Shown one piece after another: positions 49,901 to 57,653 of a stretch of DNA of 64,000 nt. The notes below the pieces were generated by a model. That model was not told the DNA's origin, searched no databases, and worked only from the letters and a program-made list of their open reading frames with translations. This stretch comes from Poseidonia sp. (GTDB taxonomy: Archaea; Thermoplasmatota; Poseidoniia; Poseidoniales; Poseidoniaceae). Position 1 is the first letter of the stretch. Each line of letters starts with the position of its first letter. The stretch covers positions 61,887 through 125,886 of the forward strand of contig CBFIDD010000006.1 of the NCBI GenBank assembly GCA_965661285.1, in the 5' to 3' direction. A program made the translations under genes and the position numbers.

Positions 49901-52900
49901 GATTCAAGACGGGGATCCGATGGAAGTTCAATAAACTCGGGTGCCTTTGTATCATACAAATCAAAATCATTTGTATCTGCTAGGGCGAGTATGAGGTGTT
50001 CCTTTGGCCGGGAAAGAATGACATTTGCGAAACGCGTTCGTTGACCCAACAGCCGCTCATATTTTGATTCAAATGGGTCTTTTTTCATACCAGCAGTCTC
50101 GTCGTTGAACATGTACGGTTCATCGGGATCTAAGTCGTCAAGTGAGTTTTGGATGGTATCCTTGTCGATAGACCAAGGAGATATTGCCATGATTGAATCG
50201 TATTCCAATCCTTTTATGCTGATTGGATGCCAAAGAGCGATATGAATAGGGGGGGTTTGCTTCCCAAATAATTCGCGTACATCATCATGCACTTTTTTGC
50301 TCGGCAACACCATGGTAGGAGCACCGGGTGTGCGGAATAGGACGGCCCCAATCTTCACAATCTCGTCTTTCGTCAGTCGTTCAGAAATCAATCGCACACC
50401 ATGCGGTCTACCATTTTCCATAGCTTCAGTTTGAAGGCGTACTGAATCTTTACTCGCAACAATGCTTGCGGTGCCATCTGTTTTTCTCTCCCTTGGGTAG
50501 ACTTGAGATACGGAAGTTGTGAAAGAATCTTTGATGAGGTCAACGATGACTGGAATGTTCCGTTCAACAAGCGTGAGTGATTTTCTCCGATGATTATCGG
50601 CCATGCGGGCGAGACGGGAGCCACGTATTTCATCGCCGTCCCACCAAGTATTGACATTGGATGAAATCAAAGTTGAATGAGGATATTTTTCCCTCAATCC
50701 CTTAAGCAATTCAGCAGCCTTGCTGAAATGGTCTCTCCAATTGAACGGCTCCCAATCGAGGGTTTGTTCGTCATCGCCTGTGAAGAACATGGCATTGATT
50801 TCCCCCTTATGAAGAAGGAGAGCCAACTTGAGCACACTGAAATTTAAGTCTTGGATTTCATCAATCACCGTGATGTCCGACGAATAAGCAACCAATCGCT
50901 CTGCGATGGATGGCTCTTGGCTTTCTCGCTCAAAAATCTCGCGGATGACATCCTCACAAATCTTGGCTTGCGTGTAGAGCCTCAGATCTCTCCCAATGAG
51001 TTGTTGATCTTCGAGGATGTTGATGAATTGTTGGGCATCTCGCCGTGCGTTGTTTGAACGGCTTTTGTCGTTCAATTGATAGAATATCGAGAGGTATTCT
51101 TGTCTACTCGTTCCTGTATTTTCGAGGTATTCGTTCAAATTTCGACAAAGGTGTCCGTTGCGCTTCAAGATTTTGTTGTTGAATTCGTACCACAATCCGT
51201 GAGCGCTGTATCTTGAAATAAGCGGTTGAGAAAAATTGTGTTCCTTGAAAATTGAGATGAATCGCTCTTTCGTTAGGATTTGTGAGGTAAAATCATCCCA
51301 TGTCAAATCAACTTCTCCGAGCACATGGTTTCGTAATGACCAGAGAAGTTGGTCAACGGATAATGATTTGAGTTGTGCAGTTTCATAGCCTTGTTTGTTT
51401 TCAAAATACTCATCGTATCGTTTGGTGAATGATTCGCTTAGGTAAGGCGACATGGTGAGGAACAGAACAGATGGGCTTTCTTGGTAGGTTGAACCCGCAG
51501 AAACATCCAACATTTTATGAATGAAATTTGCAGCGATGTGTGTTTTTCCAGTACCTGGCGGGGCGTTGAGGAATAGAGGACTGCCTTCGAGCGGCAGTTC
51601 ACTAATAATTTCTTTTTGATCGGTGTTCAATCCCTGGAGGGGTGAAAAACTATCGCTGCCAGAGGTTGATGGTTCCACCTTGTTAAGCGAACAAGAGAAT
51701 TTCATCGCACCCTTCCACCGAGATGGTATTTCTGGATGATCACGGTAGAGGTAGAGATTGCTGACAGCAATAAATGGAGAAACCCAACGAACGTATTGAT
51801 TTTGCAGCGATTTGTCCAAAGGCACTTCATCGAGATACCTCAGAGCGAGTGAGGGGTAGCGGCCGACCAGTTTCTCAGCCGTCATCAAATCATTTTTCGG
51901 TCCATCCTTTGAACGCACCCAAACACAGTATTCTGCGAAGAGCTGGTGTGAGAATGAGAAATATTCTGGGAATTTATTGAACAGCCCATATTGAACCCCG
52001 TAGTGGATAAAGAGCGACAGAACGGATTCATCGTCTTCATTGTCCTCTTTTGAGCGCTGAATTCCGGCCGAATTATATTCTTCTCTTTCTTCATCAGCGT
52101 TCATGAGTAATGAAGATGGGACAATCAACCGCGAACCATACCGATTTCGTCGCGCAATTGCCTGTGTGTAAAAACGGGTTTCAATGAGGTCCTTCCACTT
52201 TGAACGGAGATAGATTTTCGCTTCTTTTTCACTTTTCGGAATACTGCCTATGGCGGATGTGTCGGATTTGTAAACACGTTGAATAATTTCACGACGAATC
52301 AACTTGTACATGACATCGGTTCCAAGGGACATTTCTTGTTTCTTCATCACCCAGGAAAGTGGCGTTAATCCTGTGTCGAGTAGGTTAAATTCCATTCGAT
52401 TGAAGCGTGCGTTCAATTGAGTGAGGAATTTGTCTGAGGGACGATAACGAGAACGCGGCCCCATAAAACGAGCCATAACCGGAAAAGCATGCAACATGTA
52501 TGAGAGCCCCCACATTTGTTTTTCAACCAGTGTCGTAGTAGGTTTGAGTGAATTTACCCTATCGGAGACTGCTCCCTTGGCCAACGGTGGGAGGTCAATG
52601 ACATGCATGTTTTGGGGGCTTGCAGGTTGACTTTGGAGAATGTTGAGTTCATGTGTTCTGCAGGTCCAAACAACAGGAACATCATGCCTGGTGAGTTCAT
52701 CCGCCAAATCGCTCCATGCTCGAACAATGACATCATGGAATTGGCTGTCTACGCCGTACGTCAACAAATCGAGTGTATCAACGAGAAGCGTTAAACCCCT
52801 GCCATGGTCGGAATGGAATTGGACGAACTCTTCTAAACCAAGGTTGGAAGAAGCGAGGTCATCGTTGACGTGACATCGAAGAATGATTTTCCATAGGTCT

Positions 52901-53313
52901 TTCCAATTTCTTATTTTAACTTCCTCTGGTCGGGAGTAAAATTGCATCGTGCACAAGTGAAGGACACGCTCACTACCCCCCTCCTCGACCGCTGCTTTGG
53001 CGATCCTGCTGAGTGCTATTGATTTACCAGCAGAGGGGAGTCCTTGGATGATGATGTTTCGGCTACCGTTTGGAGGGTGTTGAACCAATGCAGCCATTGT
53101 ATGGGTAAAATTTCTCAAATTAATTTGGTTGAGCAGATGTTGACGCGACATGCCTACGTGATTCACCCCAAACTGCTTCCAAAATCCGGCACTCAAGTCA
53201 TCAATGAGTGCTTCCATGTTCGGCCCATCAAGGACGATGTAATCCTGTGGAATCTTGGCATATGCGAGAATATCGCTGTGGCACGCAGTGATGAATTTCT
53301 CGAAATCAATCAT
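46921..53313 (-). CDS. 2130-aa NACHT/STAND-like NTPase fused to an SF1 (UvrD-like) helicase and a long helical C-terminus
   Basis: NTPase 1: IIIQGLPSAGKS, LLVDTLD, VWTCR, IDLPPL, FSFSHQLFAEY. Helicase: LNTDQ, APPGTGKT, VIDEIQD, TGDDEQ, IKGLEYD, LSRPKEHL. Confidence 0.85.
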   Translation of the reverse strand: MIDFEKFITACHSDILAYAKIPQDYIVLDGPNMEALIDDLSAGFWKQFGVNHVGMSRQHLLNQINLRNFTHTMAALVQHPPNGSRNIIIQGLPSAGKSIALSRIAKAAVEEGGSERVLHLCTMQFYSRPEEVKIRNWKDLWKIILRCHVNDDLASSNLGLEEFVQFHSDHGRGLTLLVDTLDLLTYGVDSQFHDVIVRAWSDLADELTRHDVPVVWTCRTHELNILQSQPASPQNMHVIDLPPLAKGAVSDRVNSLKPTTTLVEKQMWGLSYMLHAFPVMARFMGPRSRYRPSDKFLTQLNARFNRMEFNLLDTGLTPLSWVMKKQEMSLGTDVMYKLIRREIIQRVYKSDTSAIGSIPKSEKEAKIYLRSKWKDLIETRFYTQAIARRNRYGSRLIVPSSLLMNADEEREEYNSAGIQRSKEDNEDDESVLSLFIHYGVQYGLFNKFPEYFSFSHQLFAEYCVWVRSKDGPKNDLMTAEKLVGRYPSLALRYLDEVPLDKSLQNQYVRWVSPFIAVSNLYLYRDHPEIPSRWKGAMKFSCSLNKVEPSTSGSDSFSPLQGLNTDQKEIISELPLEGSPLFLNAPPGTGKTHIAANFIHKMLDVSAGSTYQESPSVLFLTMSPYLSESFTKRYDEYFENKQGYETAQLKSLSVDQLLWSLRNHVLGEVDLTWDDFTSQILTKERFISIFKEHNFSQPLISRYSAHGLWYEFNNKILKRNGHLCRNLNEYLENTGTSRQEYLSIFYQLNDKSRSNNARRDAQQFINILEDQQLIGRDLRLYTQAKICEDVIREIFERESQEPSIAERLVAYSSDITVIDEIQDLNFSVLKLALLLHKGEINAMFFTGDDEQTLDWEPFNWRDHFSKAAELLKGLREKYPHSTLISSNVNTWWDGDEIRGSRLARMADNHRRKSLTLVERNIPVIVDLIKDSFTTSVSQVYPRERKTDGTASIVASKDSVRLQTEAMENGRPHGVRLISERLTKDEIVKIGAVLFRTPGAPTMVLPSKKVHDDVRELFGKQTPPIHIALWHPISIKGLEYDSIMAISPWSIDKDTIQNSLDDLDPDEPYMFNDETAGMKKDPFESKYERLLGQRTRFANVILSRPKEHLILALADTNDFDLYDTKAPEFIELPSDPRLESLHPDDFKQLIEAHNALIERQVDNEDPSNLYAPYISMILSLIKMIKSNSPVANIFYQGAHIEHTLAAKNEKIGKVLSKSRAPFLAVKMFIGAFTDELNNDDIDSISPSDLRKKIVNYFIGSIAGDGHHFDKTHPLRLRLERMVGLRKQIECKKIRDDDVIILKPVVYEYFVNEFNACLALLSQSPEWLPDKHKDEGNLLAQYFKTNLFGGDLQEKSADAWSELFMNFGFSSKNSTILTDNSVLAGLEVLEKIFNTGAEQKDEDYWFNLIGENTEFWLDGIDHFTHERFATESLNAMWNAIKPQLALPGWAYESKHQTECILRLPIAMYRKHPTKSKGFVENLSSTVEGDIGEESEHSVPLLTLMLKDRMPVYLIRRAGLQLIKNSRSEDIHRLLKEDRYSVRSLFNVLSEKVDGENRFVEIADVYPYKQTLINDMLDFIGRSRNSEDYVDVSTLTKLDPLCLLLLNDRPPSPESNSDWLIGKTMRPSIRKLLVKQQDDREDEDYAVFGDQSSLDSLFEHHPSLASPVLVELVTRFFSVMDVDVDKPVAKRQMRTIRIGGVTGPTLQEFIQKNMDIEKLCERIYDCTFNGEHGVTMVQKPKEIPLDDGLKFVIFLSDENAMQYQRENKFFDWFEQHLSSKQRQSVAQVRERTLSQPEFWMKEAKRVLNLPRHELKNAIDNKKGVANFEFVKKEDGSPRFTEADIAVENNIFLDAVVKKGVKSVFLKPNKDSESADELRQLFFDACADAHLKGGLKPYHYRFGNTKASPRIPLSQFIQLTEFIRSLKFDLSVCMTLSSKENFSQEDLFNAIQRVVSLEGMVEHGRYVLQDQLRDQENAAISTVWNYTLVRLKRNLMEELGLPYNTEVPSFDMYSKLQLEVAFANLLSELFVPASLQVVISSNPDNRQIPILLTNELKQYADELKSSLDDFHSDLAEDQTKVDWLHSNLDHRPRIPWHTAASDRDEEYNPNNFTHWRLVKAEVPSFDGDDSDFFDD

Positions 53314-55213
53314 TCGTTATACCTCCTTGCAGCCATTCATTAATTAATTTGATAAGCATGCTATCCCATTTCGGCTGGTCTGTTGGCCAGTCGAGTTGGG
53401 GGCTTTTGAATGAAAATCCATCTGGAAGATTGGATAAAACATCGTTTAAAGGTTGTAAGAATTTTGACTCTATTTCACCGATACTGACAATACTGCTTTT
53501 GTCAAAAACCTTGAACAACCCCATCCATCTCGACCCCCAACCAAGCTCGGTAGAGGTAGCATACAGGTACCGATGACACCCAATTGCTTTCTCGAGAGCA
53601 TTCAAAAAATCTTCCTGGAGGATCAAACAGTAATGTGCGGGTTGGAACATCGGACTTCCCTGCACGCGTTCACCCTCAAATATCTCATCCATACAGTCTT
53701 CAAAATCATCCAATGATTTTGCATCGTGTCCAATTTCGTTCAGTAACTCAAGGATTGTGTGAAAAAATTTGTACCCTCTGCTTGATGGATTATACAAAAT
53801 GGAACGTATGCTTCTCATTTGATTTCCGTCGTTAGGTAAATTATGTCGACCATACATCCATACCTCGTAGGTGAAAAGGGCAAGTTCGTCCTCGTGATTG
53901 TATGAGTCCCAAATTTGCTCAATCGTTTCGAGTGGAATTGAGGGCAATTCTTTGAGTGATTTGCCACGAGGAGCGGCCTTGTCCATGAGATAAGCGCAAT
54001 TTATAGCAAAGAGGATGCTTTTGTGATCGTGCAGGAGACGGGTTTGGTTTAACAGGACTTGACCGCTCCTCCAGATTTTTTGGATTACCCGTTCAATCGC
54101 ACCTGCTTCTTCGTAAGTGAGGTGGCCTCTGATTTTACCGCGCTGGTAAACATCCCAAAGTTCGGGGATTTTCTCCAATGATTGAAGAGGTTTCATCAAA
54201 GATGTAAGGTTGTATCCCGCATTCTTCTTGGGAGAGGCCCCTATGTCTCCGAGTGTACGGAAATACAGGAAGGAGGAATTGGAGACGACCGACGCATCGA
54301 GGTAATTGCTTGAATAGGGAATTTCGGTTTGATCACGCCTTTGCAAACGGGAAGTGATCTCATTTTGACTTTCAACAAGGGCAAAATCGAGCGATTTGAT
54401 TCCTTCAGCCAATCTATTCGTGAGGTCGAACAGACTTGCCATTTCAAATGCATATTTTTCATGGATATTTTCTGGGGCAAGAGGTAAAGCAAGACTCATG
54501 TTGAGTGCTTGCCTGTTTTCTTTGCGGCCCTCTAGAAGGTCAAGATATTGCTCATCTAAATCATCTAGATCATGATATTCAAAGGCATTGGTCAGGAGTG
54601 AGAGGAAAAAATGAGGTGATTGGTGATGTTCTGGTCGTTGACCTACCTCGGTTGAGATGTCGTTCAACAATTGACACAAAGTTAACTCCGCACCGTCCCA
54701 CTCAAAGGAAAACTCGTCGATTTTTATCTTCTTTGAATGGTTTCTTCGGTCAAGGATAACCATTCCCGAGTAAACACCGTTCCGAAGTCCATCTCGAACG
54801 ACATCTATTTTGCCTCTTTTCATGATCGAGTGAATGGAATAAACTTCTGGTGTCGGATTGTTTGCTTCTTTGCGAGGTTTCTCTCTCAATACTTGTCGTG
54901 AAAAATGCTTGACCCACTCAGTTTCTAGCTTCATTAATCGATTCGCTGTATCAATTGAGGTCGAGGATGGCTGCAGGATATACAGTAATTTGGAGCCCCC
55001 AAGAGAGGCATTGGAGCCAGCAGGCGCACCCGTTTCAACAACATTGAGGACGGGCCTAAGGCCATCTTGGCTTTCCCATGCATGTTTGAAACCAACTCGG
55101 GCATCGTTTGTAGAGTTGGAGGACCTATTGAAATCAAACTCTGGCTGTTCATCTTCAAATACGACCTTCCTCGCCAGAGCGATGATTTCCCGGCGGGATT
55201 TCGCATTCATCAA
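53306..55213 (-). CDS. Hypothetical protein (635 aa), translationally coupled to the NACHT-helicase gene
   Basis: Long ORF in the AT-rich island; 8-bp overlap with the next gene, with a GGAGGT SD inside its 3' end; no family recognised. Confidence 0.8.
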   Translation of the reverse strand: MMNAKSRREIIALARKVVFEDEQPEFDFNRSSNSTNDARVGFKHAWESQDGLRPVLNVVETGAPAGSNASLGGSKLLYILQPSSTSIDTANRLMKLETEWVKHFSRQVLREKPRKEANNPTPEVYSIHSIMKRGKIDVVRDGLRNGVYSGMVILDRRNHSKKIKIDEFSFEWDGAELTLCQLLNDISTEVGQRPEHHQSPHFFLSLLTNAFEYHDLDDLDEQYLDLLEGRKENRQALNMSLALPLAPENIHEKYAFEMASLFDLTNRLAEGIKSLDFALVESQNEITSRLQRRDQTEIPYSSNYLDASVVSNSSFLYFRTLGDIGASPKKNAGYNLTSLMKPLQSLEKIPELWDVYQRGKIRGHLTYEEAGAIERVIQKIWRSGQVLLNQTRLLHDHKSILFAINCAYLMDKAAPRGKSLKELPSIPLETIEQIWDSYNHEDELALFTYEVWMYGRHNLPNDGNQMRSIRSILYNPSSRGYKFFHTILELLNEIGHDAKSLDDFEDCMDEIFEGERVQGSPMFQPAHYCLILQEDFLNALEKAIGCHRYLYATSTELGWGSRWMGLFKVFDKSSIVSIGEIESKFLQPLNDVLSNLPDGFSFKSPQLDWPTDQPKWDSMLIKLINEWLQGGITND

Positions 55214-55385
55214 GGCCTCTAATACGCCACACTATTTATGCTAATTGAAGATGAAATCGTATGCATTGATAGTAATCACAACTGATTTACCTATTTCAAC
55301 CACCACCGGAGGAGGTATGGCCGGCCGAATTGTGCTTCCAACACTCAATCCAAATATGCTAGAAACCGCTGACCTCGAATAAAGG

Positions 55386-55679
55386 TGAAACGGCGCAAAC
55401 GAACTCGTCAATTCAAGGCAGGTTGTTCATGACGGCTCAATCCGGCCTTGTGATGATTCAATATGGGCTCGGCCGGAATTGAACCGGCGCAAACGAACTC
55501 GTCAATTCAAGGCAGGTTGTTCGTTGCTGGTTCATTCCGTCCTTGAGTTGCAGAGATATGGGCTCGGCCGGAATTGAACCGGCGCAAGCGAACTCGTCAA
55601 TTCAAGGCAGGTTGTTCGTTGCTGGTTCATTCGGTCCTTGAGTTGAAGAGATATGGGCTCGGCCGGAATTGAACCGGCG
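55386..55679. repeat. ~3 tandem 95-bp units each containing the tRNA-Val 3' end (T-arm + acceptor strand)
   Basis: ATATGGGCTCGGCCGGAATTGAACCGGCG at 55461, 55556 and 55651; CGAACTCGTCAATTCAAGGCAGGTTGTTC recurs with the same period. Confidence 0.93.
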
Positions 55680-55726
55680 ATCTTCGCCATGTGAAGGCGA
55701 CGTCATAACCCCTAGACCACGAGCCC
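55654..55726 (-). tRNA. tRNA-Val(CAC)
   Basis: Reverse complement GGGCTCG TGGTCTAGGGGTTATGACG TCGCC TT CAC AT GGCGA AGATC GCCGG TTCAATT CCGGC CGAGCCC A. Confidence 0.96.
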
Positions 55727-55771
55727 TAGGTAAACCGCCGACCCGCCTCAGGGGTATAAGCCATACCGTGT

Positions 55772-56857
55772 TCAACGGTGCTCGTTCAAATGCACGACGC
55801 CGACCTCGAGTCGCTCGTGGGTTGGATGAACTTCAACGAGGAGCACGGGGACCTCGATGACCTCAGCCAAATCCTCGGCCAGCGAGAGCGGCAACTCAAT
55901 GCGCTGGTGGGACGCATCGTAGCGAAGCCAACCATCGGCCATCCCCAGTTCTGCCTTGAGTTCTGCCATGTCGTCTTGGGCGTCTTTAAGGGAAGTCGGA
56001 ATCGCACCAAAGAGCACCGTGTCGTCATCACTGAGCACCTCGTAGGGGCGAAGCGTTGCTTGTCCTCGGCGCTTGAAGCGGTTGCGAAGTTGACCCGCAT
56101 CCTTGTACTTCGCCGTGCAGAATTTCAGGTGATAGGGCTTGTCAGCAGCAGCCTCTTTGAGGCGAACTGCGAGTTCAGCCGAGCCTTCAGCAGCCGCCGT
56201 GATGCCGCCGCTCAAGTTGAATCCACGCACGTCCATGTTCTCTTGGTTACCCACCGTGATTTCCAGTTCGTTGAGGTTGAGAAACGAGACGGGGACGGTG
56301 GTCAAGTCATCGAGCAGCGCAAAGAGTTGGGCTTCCTTGTCCGGCTCACACGGGAGTTCCACGCCGACTTCGATGCCGTGTTGTGCGCAAGCTTCCATGG
56401 TCGCTCGGTACTTCGTGGTCGTACCGTCCAGAAGGTGGAAGCGAATCTCGTCCAGTCCTGCGGCACCAAAATCTGCGGCTCGGTCGGGGTCAAAGGGAAT
56501 GGAGGTGTAGGCGTGAATGTGATGGCCTGGGCCAAACGCCGCCTTGAGTTGGCGAACCGCTTCCAGTGTTTTTTCGAGGTCCAGCATCGGGTCGCCCCCG
56601 GTGATGCCGGTTCCCGTAGCGTTCATGGCGTGTCCTTCCTCAATGACCTCATCCCACGACGTGCATCGACGCTCGTTCGCAAACATATCGGGCGTCTCAC
56701 GACGGTTTTCAGAAAGCGGACAGTAATCGCAACCCCAGTGGCATTTTCCGGTGACAAACAGAACAAGTTTGCTGCCTTGCTGGCACTGGACACAGCCTTC
56801 CGCTTCGCCCTCTTCTGCGGGCAAGACTTCGGTAGCCATGGGCAAACTTCGCATCAT
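55772..56857 (-). CDS. Radical SAM protein (archaeal, PFL-activase-related family)
   Basis: GCVQCQQGSKLVLFVTGKCHWGCDYCPLS (CxxxCxxC), GITGGDP, GLDEIRFH, FLNLNELE. Confidence 0.9.
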   Translation of the reverse strand: MMRSLPMATEVLPAEEGEAEGCVQCQQGSKLVLFVTGKCHWGCDYCPLSENRRETPDMFANERRCTSWDEVIEEGHAMNATGTGITGGDPMLDLEKTLEAVRQLKAAFGPGHHIHAYTSIPFDPDRAADFGAAGLDEIRFHLLDGTTTKYRATMEACAQHGIEVGVELPCEPDKEAQLFALLDDLTTVPVSFLNLNELEITVGNQENMDVRGFNLSGGITAAAEGSAELAVRLKEAAADKPYHLKFCTAKYKDAGQLRNRFKRRGQATLRPYEVLSDDDTVLFGAIPTSLKDAQDDMAELKAELGMADGWLRYDASHQRIELPLSLAEDLAEVIEVPVLLVEVHPTHERLEVGVVHLNEHR

Positions 56858-57603
56858 GCACCCCCCTTCGTGTTCTTGGCCTCGTGCAGCAACCAGCGAT
56901 GAAAGCGCCGGTCAAGCGTGAGTTCTGGATGAAAGGTCACACCGAGTTTCTTGCCGTCGAGCACCCCAACCACTTCCTCACCAAGGTGGGCAACGGGTGT
57001 ACATTCAACCGAAGACGGGTCAAAGCGAGGAGCGCGAATAAACACGCCGGGAAACCCCTCGCTTAGGGCTGAGGCCGCTTGCGAAGCCACTTCCAAGGGC
57101 TTGTGAGCAAAACGGTCTCGTCCTGCTGGCTCGGTTTCTTGGTAGGCAGCATCGGGAACATCGAGGGTGACCTCAACCACGGCCTCGAACGATTCGCGTT
57201 GACGACCCCAGGCATTGCGAGCAATGCCAGCACGGAGGTAGGGCGTCCGTTCATCGCTGGGCGCTGCGAGCAAAATGGCGCCCGCACAGGTGCCCAAGAC
57301 CGGGCGCTCTGGGTGAGTTTCCATCCACGCAAACAAAGCCTCGAGCAGGGATTCGTAGCGGCTGGCGATGCGCATGGTGGTCGATTCCCCGCCAGGCAAC
57401 ACCAGCGCATCGAGGGTTGCATCAACATGGTCGGCCCGTCGGCATTCAACGATCTCAAGGTCGATGTTGAGTTCCTTGGCCGCTCCGCGCAGGGCCTCAG
57501 CATGCTCGTGGCGAGCACCCTGAAGCATGGCCAAACCCACACGGAGCATGGTTTGGGGTTCATGCCCTTCCCTATCAGTCCAACGCTTCTGCAGGGCCGT
57601 CAT
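56854..57603 (-). CDS. pdxT: PLP synthase glutaminase subunit
   Basis: LQGA..EH, LPGGESTT, GTCAG, RNAWGRQRESF, VFIRAP, FHPELT. Confidence 0.93.
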   Translation of the reverse strand: MTALQKRWTDREGHEPQTMLRVGLAMLQGARHEHAEALRGAAKELNIDLEIVECRRADHVDATLDALVLPGGESTTMRIASRYESLLEALFAWMETHPERPVLGTCAGAILLAAPSDERTPYLRAGIARNAWGRQRESFEAVVEVTLDVPDAAYQETEPAGRDRFAHKPLEVASQAASALSEGFPGVFIRAPRFDPSSVECTPVAHLGEEVVGVLDGKKLGVTFHPELTLDRRFHRWLLHEAKNTKGGA

Positions 57604-57653
57604 GGTGGGCCTTCAAGCACGGACTTCAAAGACCGCCATGACCACCACGAGGC

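Larger units (their letters stand above)
46921..55380. mobile_element. AT-rich genomic islet at the tRNA-Val 3' end (no integrase visible)
   Basis: Abrupt change to AT-rich composition (line 49201 has 20/60 GC versus 37/60 for line 21001); adjacent to tRNA 3'-end repeats; two atypical genes. Confidence 0.7.

Noticed and set aside
46921-55213. Assignment of the island to a named system (Dnd/Dpt, BREX, Gabija, restriction-modification)
   Set aside because: No methyltransferase, PglZ, TOPRIM/ABC-ATPase or Dnd motifs were recognised, and the domain order does not match by eye. An HMM search is needed to exclude these formally.
55386-55679. Possible CRISPR array (29-nt repeat with regular spacing)
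   Set aside because: The repeat is the tRNA-Val 3' end, the intervening segments are near-identical rather than unique, and no cas genes are present.
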